From the IMG/VR virus record IMGVR_UViG_3300044611_001018: a stretch of DNA of 64,000 nucleotides. One strand, given 5' to 3'. The position numbers were made by a program, and so were the translations under genes. Below, one piece after another: positions 35,626 to 45,094 of the stretch (its first letter is position 1; the number at the start of each line of letters is the position of its first letter). The notes beneath the pieces are model-generated. The model saw nothing but the letters and a program-made list of their open reading frames with translations, did not search any database and had not been told where the DNA came from. The stretch comes from a virus. Lineage: Duplodnaviria; Caudoviricetes.

Positions 35626-37956
35626 TTAGAACTTAAACTTGACTTTTGCAGCAACAGAATTGTTAGTAACTCCATTGTTTACACCATGAGAACCTTCAAC
35701 AAATAATATTTCTTTATAATCCAGAGAAGCACTTACACCATAAGAACTATCAGTTCCATAAGCACCTTCTACACTGACACCAAATAAATCTTTCTTCTTG
35801 CCACCAAAACGAGTTTCTAATTTAAGTCCTGCTTCACCAACATGTGTTGTTTGATTGTGACCATCAACACTTCTAGCAGACTGAATGGAACCAGTTTCAT
35901 TATATGCATTTCTCTTTACATTTTGAACAGTATAACCAATAAATGGTTTTACTGCTTTATTAAGATGCCAATATAATCGATTAGAAACCCACCACTCAGT
36001 TCCAGTTGTTTCACCAGCATTATTAAAGACACCTTCTACATTTCTATTGTACTTATAATTGCTGTTCGCAATCGCAGCATTGGTATTCAGAGTCAGTGTA
36101 TTACCTCTGAGTTCACTGAATATACCGAAATGGTCTTTGTTCTGTTGTGTGCTTGAGTCAACGCCATTGAGGTTTGTGTTAACTCTATTATACTGAGCAC
36201 CAAGAGTCCAACCTTTGGTTACATCAAACTCAAACCCACCACCGAAGATTTTAGAATCAGCATTATAACCATCAGCATTATAAGACTGAACAAATCTGTT
36301 ATTCTCAAATACTCTTAATCTTTGATTACCTGCGGTTGGTTCATGATTCAAAAGTCCATTAATACCATCATTAATTCCATCAAGAACTTCTAACTGATCC
36401 ACTCTACCAAAGTAAAAATCATAAGAATCTGATACTGCAACATCATTAGAATAAGCATAAGAATATGATGGAGTTCCGTCAATTACGGTTGTTGTTCCAT
36501 CAGCATAAACAGTTGTGGTAACTGGAGTTGTAGTTGTGGTAGTAACCATTGGAGTGGTTACAGTTGTCACCGTTTGTTTTTTGATTTGTTGTTTTCCACT
36601 AGATTCACTTGCTTCAAAATTATATACTTTGGTTGTAACTGCTGGAAGTGTTTGAGAAGCGGCAATCGCAGAAGAAACGGAAGGAGCAATCGTTGATGTA
36701 TAGTTTAGAACTGTTGCCGTTACTTGCGATGTAGAAGGTCCATTAGACGTTGAACTAGTTACAACTGGCGTTCCATTTGATGTGGTTGTAGAACCATCAG
36801 AATATGTGGTGGTTGTAACTGGAGTTGTAGTTGTGGTAGTTGTAGTAACTGGAGTTGTAGTTTCTACAGTATCAGTATAGTTCTGAACTACTCCATATCC
36901 ATTACCGTCAAGATTGCTTACATTATAAGTAACCTGAGCTGTTACTACAACATTTGAAGTTGATGAAGATGTTGATACCTGATCTGTTGTAGATGTTCCA
37001 GTTACTGTTGGAGCAGGTGGTGGTGTTGGAGTTGGAGTTGGAGGTGTGGGTGGGGTTGGATTTACTGTGGGAGCATTTGGATTGTTGGGAGCAACAGCAC
37101 CAAATGGTTGTCCATTTGCTAATGTAGTTCCTGGTTGACTATCAACTAAAAGAACTGGTGAAAGTGAAGTATCTCCAAGATTAAATACTGCAAATCCTAA
37201 TAGGTAAGCACCAGTTACATCAACTTGATATGTTGAATTTTGCCATCCAGTAGAACCATAGGTTCCTGTTGAGTAATCTCCTGTTCCTGGATTGGTAAAT
37301 CCAAGTAGAGCATAGTTCTGAACATAGTTATTGACAGTTACGACTGGAGTAGAACCAGTTCCCTGATAAACAAGAGATGTGATAGAACCATCGTTAAATG
37401 GAACATAATCAGTTCCAATGTAGTTCCAAGACATCGTGTAAGTAGTTCCAGCATCAAGATTTACATTTTGAGTTATCCAAGCAGCATTAGTTGGATTGGG
37501 ATTTCCTAGTCCCGATGCTTGTTGGTCTTGCTGAAGTTTTGTTTTGATTGCTTGATTTTCTGCAGATGTAAGACCTAATGCAGAAGTTGCTGCATCAAAT
37601 GTTGTTGAACCTGTTGGTTGTAATGCAGCACCAGCAGTTCCATATGGAGAGAATGTCCAAGTTGTTGGTGTTGTTGCTGGGGCATGATATGGATTTGGCG
37701 ATCCATCTTGAAGAGTAGGACTTCCTACCGCGCCATGAGAAGGAGCATTAAATGTTACTGAACCATTGATTGCGGTGACACCAGTTCCGTTACCAGTGAT
37801 TGTTCCATTTGTTAGATTTCCTGGTTGAGATCCAACATTCCATCCAGATAGTGTTCCCCCCTCAAAATCTGTACCAGAAATCGTATCCGCAAATGCGGTT
37901 GGTGCTCCCATTAAAAGAGCAGACGCTACAGCAAGCGCCTTCTTAGCGTAAGACAT
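35626..37956 (-). CDS. Autotransporter-like outer-membrane protein
   Basis: Signal peptide, passenger domain, Pro linker, duplicated Thr-rich module, amphipathic beta-strand C-domain ending VKFKF. Confidence 0.75.
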   Translation of the reverse strand: MSYAKKALAVASALLMGAPTAFADTISGTDFEGGTLSGWNVGSQPGNLTNGTITGNGTGVTAINGSVTFNAPSHGAVGSPTLQDGSPNPYHAPATTPTTWTFSPYGTAGAALQPTGSTTFDAATSALGLTSAENQAIKTKLQQDQQASGLGNPNPTNAAWITQNVNLDAGTTYTMSWNYIGTDYVPFNDGSITSLVYQGTGSTPVVTVNNYVQNYALLGFTNPGTGDYSTGTYGSTGWQNSTYQVDVTGAYLLGFAVFNLGDTSLSPVLLVDSQPGTTLANGQPFGAVAPNNPNAPTVNPTPPTPPTPTPTPPPAPTVTGTSTTDQVSTSSSTSNVVVTAQVTYNVSNLDGNGYGVVQNYTDTVETTTPVTTTTTTTTPVTTTTYSDGSTTTSNGTPVVTSSTSNGPSTSQVTATVLNYTSTIAPSVSSAIAASQTLPAVTTKVYNFEASESSGKQQIKKQTVTTVTTPMVTTTTTTPVTTTVYADGTTTVIDGTPSYSYAYSNDVAVSDSYDFYFGRVDQLEVLDGINDGINGLLNHEPTAGNQRLRVFENNRFVQSYNADGYNADSKIFGGGFEFDVTKGWTLGAQYNRVNTNLNGVDSSTQQNKDHFGIFSELRGNTLTLNTNAAIANSNYKYNRNVEGVFNNAGETTGTEWWVSNRLYWHLNKAVKPFIGYTVQNVKRNAYNETGSIQSARSVDGHNQTTHVGEAGLKLETRFGGKKKDLFGVSVEGAYGTDSSYGVSASLDYKEILFVEGSHGVNNGVTNNSVAAKVKFKF

Positions 37957-37960
37957 AAAA

Positions 37961-38042
37961 AGTCCTCTATGACTCAGTGTGTACTAAACGAAACAAACTA
38001 AAGTTGTTTAAAAGTAAAGTATTCACCAAGTCTCAGAGGACT
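37961..38042 (-). promoter_or_regulatory. Long leader hairpin occluding the RBS of the autotransporter-like gene
   Basis: AGTCCTCT/AGAGGACT plus GACTTGGTG/CACTGAGTC stems; AGAGGA just before ATG. Confidence 0.6.
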
Positions 38043-38098
38043 CGGGGTATGTAGATTCAGACCAGTTAAGATCAAGAATCAGTTATGATTGTAACTAT

Positions 38099-38767
38099 TT
38101 ATCCTTTTTTCCAAGCTTCACCTTCTGCCTTTCTTCTACGTGCTAAACCTGCTTCCACATTAGAACCAGGATTGCGGTAGAGATAAAGAGCATCGGGAAC
38201 TAAGTCCCACTCCTTATTCTTCAGGCGTTTAGTAATAGTATTAAAGTTATCACCACCGTAGAAACCAGCGCCGAGATTATAAGCAAAGCTGAGAAGAGCG
38301 CCTCTTTTTCCATCTGACATTTCCCCCCAATGTGGAATTTTACGAAGTGCAGGAAGAAACTGGTTCTTGCACTGACTAATCAATAGTTCATCAGCTTCCT
38401 GTTGTGTGATTGCATCACCCATCTTAAATGGGGAACCATCTTTCTTACGAGTTGAACCCCATCCGATTGTGATTGGAAGTCCACCAGATAAGGGGTCTGG
38501 ATATGCCTTTAGATGGCATCCTTCAAACTCTTTAATCAACTTGATGCCCATTTGTGGGACATCATCACCACCAGTTACAGGAGCTGCAGCAGCGGCAGGG
38601 TCTGGTGCAGCACTAGTCTTTTTTCCACGATAAATCTCTGCCCAATCTACATTGTCCTCAAGGAACTTAACTGGGAGATTATCTTCTAACCACTGAACTG
38701 CTTTAACATGGTTAGGATTCTTCTCGTCATAAAACTTGAAGAAGTTGTGTAAATCAATCCTTGCCAT
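38099..38767 (-). CDS. GH24 lysozyme (endolysin) with extra N-terminal module
   Basis: LIKEFEG..AYPD..TIGWG catalytic E-D-T; GLARRRKAE. Confidence 0.9.
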   Translation of the reverse strand: MARIDLHNFFKFYDEKNPNHVKAVQWLEDNLPVKFLEDNVDWAEIYRGKKTSAAPDPAAAAAPVTGGDDVPQMGIKLIKEFEGCHLKAYPDPLSGGLPITIGWGSTRKKDGSPFKMGDAITQQEADELLISQCKNQFLPALRKIPHWGEMSDGKRGALLSFAYNLGAGFYGGDNFNTITKRLKNKEWDLVPDALYLYRNPGSNVEAGLARRRKAEGEAWKKG

Positions 38768-38903
38768 TTGGTCCTCCTACATTTGGAAAATAAATTTGAA
38801 ACAATTCGTCTGCTTCTTTATGTCGTCCTTGGTTTGTGAGTTTTTTCACTTCTTCCAGAATTTTTTTCTTAAACTCAGTCGAAGATCCTTCCCCACCCAT
38901 CAT
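38754..38903 (-). CDS. Small helical protein between the two hydrolases
   Basis: Overlaps both neighbours. Confidence 0.5.
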   Translation of the reverse strand: MMGGEGSSTEFKKKILEEVKKLTNQGRHKEADELFQIYFPNVGGPNGKD

Positions 38904-39546
38904 TACCTCCTGGGCACCAACGATGCTTGAGAACTGCTTTAGTGTAAATGGTCTTCTTACCATTTGTCACAGGACCAGTATAGTTATCGTTGAGGGAACC
39001 ATATGGGTCATTAACAAAATATCCTTTACCATCTGGAGTCTTACCGATGACTACACACATGTGTCCACCAGTAGGATTAGATAAAGAACCGCGATGCAGG
39101 ATACCAATAACAACAGGTTTTCCAGCATCAAGACTCTTATCAATGTCAGCAAAGGAAAGATTGTAACTAAAGTGGGACTTAATACCATAACCTGCGAGGA
39201 CTTTTGTCTGTACCGCATGGTCAGTCGTGTCGCCAATCGCAAATACCTTTTTAACGTACTCATCGTCGCCTTTGATACTTCCTGGCTTGAGGAAGGCAAG
39301 GCACATAGCGCACGATGAACTGTTACAAGTTCTATGTGCATCTCTGTAGTTATCTACTTGATTAAAATATGGAACATCAAGTACTGCTGGAGTTGGTGGT
39401 TTAGTTCTGAAGATGCCAATCCAATCAGTCTCTGAATCATCTAGGAATTGAGCAGGTAGGTTATCCTCTAACCACTGCACTGCTGCTACATGATTCGCAT
39501 TACCATCATCATAAAACTTAAAAAAGTTATGAAGATCTAGAGTCAT
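38875..39546 (-). CDS. C39-like cysteine peptidase with the same N-terminal module as the lysozyme
   Basis: VPYFNQ, RTCNSSSCAM, GHMCVVIG, VNDPYG; TATAAATA late promoter at 39571-39578. Confidence 0.8.
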   Translation of the reverse strand: MTLDLHNFFKFYDDGNANHVAAVQWLEDNLPAQFLDDSETDWIGIFRTKPPTPAVLDVPYFNQVDNYRDAHRTCNSSSCAMCLAFLKPGSIKGDDEYVKKVFAIGDTTDHAVQTKVLAGYGIKSHFSYNLSFADIDKSLDAGKPVVIGILHRGSLSNPTGGHMCVVIGKTPDGKGYFVNDPYGSLNDNYTGPVTNGKKTIYTKAVLKHRWCPGGNDGWGRIFD

Positions 39547-39596
39547 GGATTATCTCTATAAACACTAACGTATTTATATTTTAGTGTTTGTAAAGA

Positions 39597-39797
39597 TTAA
39601 TACCGTTCAATTGACATAATTTCAATATCTTCTATTCCTAACGTTTCCGAATCAATCCATTCTTCAAATTCACCAGCAATTGCCATAGCATCTTTAAATT
39701 GATTCTCTGTGGGTTTGGTTTTTGTCATTGATTCGATTCGGTCCATTGCCCAATGATAAACATGACCAACAATTTCTTCAGTCGTCGCTTCTACCAT
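39597..39797 (-). CDS. Small acidic hypothetical protein
   Basis: Start trimmed to MVEATTEE. Confidence 0.5.
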   Translation of the reverse strand: MVEATTEEIVGHVYHWAMDRIESMTKTKPTENQFKDAMAIAGEFEEWIDSETLGIEDIEIMSIERY

Positions 39798-40215
39798 AAT
39801 AATCTTTTCTGTAGTATCTGCTGAGGATGTTGCTATTGTAGTAGGCAGGGGTTCCGTCGTCAAGTCCTTCTGTGAGGACATTATTAAAGAAGAGTTGTCT
39901 TGTTTCTTCAAAGTTAGTTTTGCCCTTTGTTTTATGTAATGAGATAATAGTGCGCGTAAAATTCTCCCTACCATACTTTTTCACATCCTCCTTGAGTTCT
40001 GGGCACGATCCATAATAGCACTTCCAGTCAGATTCTGCCTTAACTTTTCTAGATTTTCCTCTTGGTGTGCGGAAACTCCAGAAATACTTTCTACCAATAT
40101 ACTTGCGACCAGTCTGACTGCAATCAATACGATATACAAAACCAAAATAATCTTGAATATCACTTGAATCAAATTCCTTTCCATTGTAGATCCAAGGATT
40201 CTCATAGTCAACCAT
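39778..40215 (-). CDS. GIY-YIG family nuclease
   Basis: GFVYRI...KYIGRK...YYGS...E. Confidence 0.8.
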   Translation of the reverse strand: MVDYENPWIYNGKEFDSSDIQDYFGFVYRIDCSQTGRKYIGRKYFWSFRTPRGKSRKVKAESDWKCYYGSCPELKEDVKKYGRENFTRTIISLHKTKGKTNFEETRQLFFNNVLTEGLDDGTPAYYNSNILSRYYRKDYYGRSDD

Positions 40216-40278
40216 TGAGACATTACCTTTTTTGGTATTTAGATAAAAAAAAGACCCCTCATGAGAGGGGTCTTAAAC

Positions 40279-41505
40279 TCATACTCCAGGTTTTTTAACA
40301 GGTCTTGAAGGATTATTTAATGGATTTTTTGAAAATCCTGCACGATGATCAACTGGTTTTTTCTGAGCACCACCATAAGTATCTGCTCTTGGGTCTTCAC
40401 CACGTTCGATTGCACCACGAATACCATGCATCTTCATTGATCTATTTCTAGAATCGCTTCTATACTTTCCATCATCATTAGTTCCCTTTTTAAAAGCATC
40501 ACTGGCATGTTGTGCTTCCTTTGCCTTCATTTTATCAAGATTAGCACTTTTAAAAGCTTCAATGATTTCATCAATAGTATCAAAGTCAAGTTCGTTTGCC
40601 ATAATCCATTCTGCATCTTCTAAGGTATCTGCATAACCTTCTACACAAAGATACTCAAGAACGATATCATAAGTATCAAACTCTTCACCCAATTTGGAAG
40701 CAACCTTACCAGCACCAGTGGAGACTGCTCTTGCTGCCTTACCTACAGCACTCTTAGCACCTGCTTTTGCTGCACCTGCTGCACCCTTTACATTACGCTT
40801 TGCAACTGCTGCCTTATTCTTAACAGATTGTACTGCTCTGTTTTTGACATCAGATGCTGCTTGCTTAGCAGAACGTGCTGCTGCATATCCTGAGACTGCT
40901 GCAGATGCTGCCTTTTGCTTTACTTTACCAATTGCAGATTTAATTTTTGATTTAACTCTAGAACCTACATGCTTGACAACTGCAGAGCGAAGTTCACCTC
41001 TACCTTTGCTTGACTGAGTTTTAAGACCTGCACCCTTAACTAAATTATGCTTACTTGCATATTTTGCAAGACCAACATGAGACTGCTGCTTAAGTCCCTT
41101 TGTAGTCTTCTCAGCAGATCCTTTAGCAGAAATAGCTTTTGTTTTAACTTTCTTAACTGTACTCTTAACTGCACCCTTTACCTTTTCCTTTGCTGCAGAG
41201 ACTGCTGCTGCTCTCTCAGCACCACGCTTAGATGATGAAGTTGACTTTTGATATGCTCTAGCATCTTTTGATCCAGCAGGAGCATATGGATTAAGTTCCA
41301 TAATTACTGCTTCAAAAATATCATCTAACTCATCAAGTTCAAGACCTTCTTCTAAAACTTCATAGACAGTTTCTTCAACAATGTCACTGAAATTCTCTTC
41401 AGTCAGATCTTCGATACCGTCGTATTCCTCTGAAAGGAATTCTTCAACCAATTCAATTGGTTCATAAATTGCTTGGTATGCTTCAGAAATATTAGTAAAG
41501 TTCAT
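40279..41505 (-). CDS. Acidic/Lys-Ala-rich late protein, probable internal head protein
   Basis: TATAAATA at 41531-41538; histone-H1-like K/A core flanked by acidic EE motifs. Confidence 0.6.
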   Translation of the reverse strand: MNFTNISEAYQAIYEPIELVEEFLSEEYDGIEDLTEENFSDIVEETVYEVLEEGLELDELDDIFEAVIMELNPYAPAGSKDARAYQKSTSSSKRGAERAAAVSAAKEKVKGAVKSTVKKVKTKAISAKGSAEKTTKGLKQQSHVGLAKYASKHNLVKGAGLKTQSSKGRGELRSAVVKHVGSRVKSKIKSAIGKVKQKAASAAVSGYAAARSAKQAASDVKNRAVQSVKNKAAVAKRNVKGAAGAAKAGAKSAVGKAARAVSTGAGKVASKLGEEFDTYDIVLEYLCVEGYADTLEDAEWIMANELDFDTIDEIIEAFKSANLDKMKAKEAQHASDAFKKGTNDDGKYRSDSRNRSMKMHGIRGAIERGEDPRADTYGGAQKKPVDHRAGFSKNPLNNPSRPVKKPGV

Positions 41506-41566
41506 ATCCCTAGAATTAGATGTTTATTTGTATTTATAAAAAAAGGGAGGTTAACCCTCCCTAGTA

Positions 41567-42745
41567 TCAAAGTTTAAATCCAGTAAAAGTATCTTTATTA
41601 ACATCCTGTTTAATTCCACCAACAACATAAGATTCAACTTCTGTTTCTTGTGGAGCAACTTGCAATCCTTTTGAAGAAATCCAATGCTGTGTCCAAGGAA
41701 GTGGATTGTTCTTTGCAGAAATATCATAAAGAGGTTTAAGACCAATCGATTTCATTCTACGATTAGCAATCCATTCAACATACTGACAAAGAAGTTTATC
41801 ATTTAATCCAATCATAGAACCATCTTTAAACAAATATTCTGCCCATCTCTTTTCTTCATTTACCGCACGTTCAAACATTTTATAGACCCACTCTTCCTCT
41901 TCTTTTGCAATTTGCTTCATCTCAGGGTCATCACCATCTCGCCACTTATTCAAAATATTTTGGGTAATTGCTAAATGTTGGTTTTCGTCTCTTGCGATAA
42001 GACTAATAATTTTAGCTGATCCTTCCATAAGCTTAAGCTCACCAAATGCGAAAGAACAAGCAAAGCTAACGTAGAACCTAATACCTTCAAGAATATTGAC
42101 GTTGGCAACTGCTCTGTAGAGTTTTCGTTTAGCATCTTTGAGTGACTCCTTTGCTGAGTATACACCCTCTAATCGATGTAACCAATCATGTGAAGAACCG
42201 TATTGTTGTGCCGCTTGGATAAAGTCATCATATGACTCAGTAACACTCCTAGCACGTTCTAGAATACGTTCGTCTGTGATGATAGCGTCGAATACTTCAC
42301 TAGGGTCGGAATAAACATTTTTAATAATATATGTGTATGAGCGACTATGAATCATCTCCATGAATCCCCACACTTCCATACATGCTTCCAATTCAGGAAG
42401 TGAGCAGTATGGAATAAATGCCATTCCAGGTCCACGACCCTGAACAGAGTCCAACATAATCTGATACTTCAAGTTAGAAGTGTAGATATGCTTTTGTTCA
42501 GGGCGTAATGTTTGATAGTCACCACGGTCCTTCTGGAGAGATACCTCTTCAGGTCTCCAGAAGTATCCAAGTTGTTGGGTGGTTAGTTTATCGAAGACTG
42601 GATATTTGTATGAATCATATCTCTGGATTCCTAACGGTTGACCAAAAAACATTGGTTGTTTTTTTAATTCTACTTGTTCGGTGTTAAAAACCGTCATTCC
42701 TCTGATATTTTGTTTTTTGTCGGTTTCCAGAAAATTAAATTGCAT
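41567..42745 (-). CDS. nrdB: Class Ia ribonucleotide reductase beta subunit
   Basis: FWRPEEV, EMIHSRSY, LEGIRFYVSF, RDENQH. Confidence 0.97.
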   Translation of the reverse strand: MQFNFLETDKKQNIRGMTVFNTEQVELKKQPMFFGQPLGIQRYDSYKYPVFDKLTTQQLGYFWRPEEVSLQKDRGDYQTLRPEQKHIYTSNLKYQIMLDSVQGRGPGMAFIPYCSLPELEACMEVWGFMEMIHSRSYTYIIKNVYSDPSEVFDAIITDERILERARSVTESYDDFIQAAQQYGSSHDWLHRLEGVYSAKESLKDAKRKLYRAVANVNILEGIRFYVSFACSFAFGELKLMEGSAKIISLIARDENQHLAITQNILNKWRDGDDPEMKQIAKEEEEWVYKMFERAVNEEKRWAEYLFKDGSMIGLNDKLLCQYVEWIANRRMKSIGLKPLYDISAKNNPLPWTQHWISSKGLQVAPQETEVESYVVGGIKQDVNKDTFTGFKL

Positions 42746-42793
42746 ACCTCTATGTCTCCCTAAATTATTTAAACTTAAAAAATGTTATCAAAC

Positions 42794-45094
42794 TCAAATT
42801 TTACAACTTTCACAATCTTCCTCTTCAGAAGTTTCTAGAATATCATCAAGAAGATTCTTGACTTTATTATCTATCTTATCTTCAATTTCATCACTCTTCA
42901 TATCATGAGTGTTCTGATAATAAGAAGTCTTCCAACCATACTTGTAAGTTCTTAAAAAGTCATTTGCCATTACTGAAGTAGGAACTTCATTATCGGGATA
43001 ATTTTCTGGATTATACGACCAGTTTCCAGAAATCGCTTGATCGAAGAACTTTTGCATAACAGCAACAATATTGATATAACCAGTATTGTCAGGCATATCC
43101 CAAAGAAGCGTATAAGCATTCTTAAGTGTTTGATACTGCGGGACAATCTGCTTGAGAGGTCCCTTCTTCGACTTTTTAACGGACAAGTATCCGCGAGGAG
43201 GTTCGATTCCATTGGTTGCGTTTGACACAACGGAACTGCTCTCCGATGGCATCTGTGCGGACAGTGTTGAGTGCCTGAGACCGTGAGCCAGGATTGATGC
43301 TCTAAGTTCTTCCCAATCATGTTGAAGGTTAATAGATGAAATTTCGTCTACGTCTTTTTTGTATGTATCGATTGGGAGAATACCATCAGCATACTTTGTT
43401 CTATTGAAATATGTACAAGAACCTTTTTCTTTTGCTATTTGATTAGATGATTTCAACAAATAGTATTGAAAAGATTCTGACAATCCATGAACTGCATCCC
43501 ATGCTTCTTGTGAAGAATAATTATATCCAAGTTTTGCCAAATAGTGTGCTAGACCAATATACCCTACACCAAGAGAACGACGCGCCTTCGTGGCGATTTC
43601 TGCCGCCTTTACTGGGTATTTCTGATAGTCAATTAACTCCTCAAGTCCTCGAACAGACAAGTCACAAAGTTCTTCAAGTTCTTCATCAGACTTAACTTTT
43701 CCAACATTAATGGCAGAAAGAATGCAGAGTGCAATTTCACCTTCACCATCAATGTGTTCAAGAGGGTCTGTTGGAAGAGTAATTTCTTGACACAAGTTAC
43801 TCATATTCACCTTATCTTTAAAAGATGAATGAGAATTACAATGGTCAATATTCATAATGTAAATACGACCAGTCTCTGCCCTCTCTTTCAAGAGGTCCAG
43901 AATGAGTTCTTGAGCTCCAATAGTTTTTCTTGGAACAGACTGATCTCGTTCATAATCCACATACATATCGTCAAATCGATCAGTCCCAAAAGCATCATAC
44001 AGACCAGGAACGTCGTGCGGGGAGAAGAGGGTAATTTCTCCGTCTTGAATGAATCGTTCATAGAAGAGTTTAGAAATTTGGATACTGTAGTCTAACTTAC
44101 GAACACGATTATCTTCGGTTCCTTTATTATTTTTTAATACAAGAATGTCCTCTATTTCTTGGTGCCAGATTGGGAAGTGGACAGTTGCTGATCCACCTCG
44201 GATGCCATTTTGAGTGCAGCATCGGACAGTTGCCTCAAACTTTTTGAGGAATGGGATAACACCTGTATGAGCAACTTCTCCCCCTCGGATTTTGCTGTTG
44301 ATGCCACGGATGCGACCTGCGTTGATACCGATTCCCGCCCTTTGTGCAACATACCTGCCGATAGCCATATCAGAAGTAAAGATGCTATCGAGGGTGTCAT
44401 CAACATCAACAAGAACACAGCTAGCAAATTGTCGAAGTGGAGTTCGCACTCCTGCCATGATAGGTGTGGGAATGTTGATTTTGTGCTTTGAGATTGCGTC
44501 ATAGTACCTCCTGACATATGACATTCTGGTTTCTTTGGGATACTCTGCAAAGATAGTCAGAGCAATCATCATATACATGAACTGAGGAGTTTCATATACA
44601 CCTCCACCACTTCTATCCTGCACAAGGTACTTATCAACTACCTGGCGAAGTCCAGCATAAGTGAATAAGAAATCACGAGTATGGTCAATAAAACTATTAA
44701 CCTTTGCAAATTCCTCTTTAGTATATCTAGAAAGAATATCTTCATCATAGACACCTTTGTTAACGCATTTATCAATATGCTCACTTAAAGTGGGGATATC
44801 ATGCAGTTTTCCATAAATTGATTTACGAATAGAAAACAAAAGAAGTCTTGCTGCCACATACTGATAATTTGGGTGTTCAAGATCAATCAAGTCAGAAGCA
44901 GACCGAATTAAAATTTCTTGAATTTGAGATGTTGTTACACCATCATAAAATTGTATTCCAGATTGAATCTCTACTTGAGATGCAGACACTCCCGCAAGGT
45001 CTTTACATGCAAGATCAACCATTACATGCATCTTATCAAGGTTGATTGGTTCAACCTTACCGCTTCTCTTAATTACTTTAATTCCGTTGCTCAT
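42794..45094 (-). CDS. nrdA: Class Ia ribonucleotide reductase alpha subunit
   Basis: ATP cone, PTPIMAG, SCVL, SNLCQEI, C-terminal CESC; no intein. Confidence 0.98.
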   Translation of the reverse strand: MSNGIKVIKRSGKVEPINLDKMHVMVDLACKDLAGVSASQVEIQSGIQFYDGVTTSQIQEILIRSASDLIDLEHPNYQYVAARLLLFSIRKSIYGKLHDIPTLSEHIDKCVNKGVYDEDILSRYTKEEFAKVNSFIDHTRDFLFTYAGLRQVVDKYLVQDRSGGGVYETPQFMYMMIALTIFAEYPKETRMSYVRRYYDAISKHKINIPTPIMAGVRTPLRQFASCVLVDVDDTLDSIFTSDMAIGRYVAQRAGIGINAGRIRGINSKIRGGEVAHTGVIPFLKKFEATVRCCTQNGIRGGSATVHFPIWHQEIEDILVLKNNKGTEDNRVRKLDYSIQISKLFYERFIQDGEITLFSPHDVPGLYDAFGTDRFDDMYVDYERDQSVPRKTIGAQELILDLLKERAETGRIYIMNIDHCNSHSSFKDKVNMSNLCQEITLPTDPLEHIDGEGEIALCILSAINVGKVKSDEELEELCDLSVRGLEELIDYQKYPVKAAEIATKARRSLGVGYIGLAHYLAKLGYNYSSQEAWDAVHGLSESFQYYLLKSSNQIAKEKGSCTYFNRTKYADGILPIDTYKKDVDEISSINLQHDWEELRASILAHGLRHSTLSAQMPSESSSVVSNATNGIEPPRGYLSVKKSKKGPLKQIVPQYQTLKNAYTLLWDMPDNTGYINIVAVMQKFFDQAISGNWSYNPENYPDNEVPTSVMANDFLRTYKYGWKTSYYQNTHDMKSDEIEDKIDNKVKNLLDDILETSEEEDCESCKI

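Noticed and set aside
39778-40215. GIY-YIG protein as a mobile homing endonuclease
   Set aside because: Short catalytic domain only, no DNA-binding repeats, not in an intron; looks like the conserved T4-like small nuclease.
41567-45094. Intein or intron in nrdA/nrdB (also checked psbA, gp41)
   Set aside because: Lengths and motif spacing are normal and the frames are continuous.
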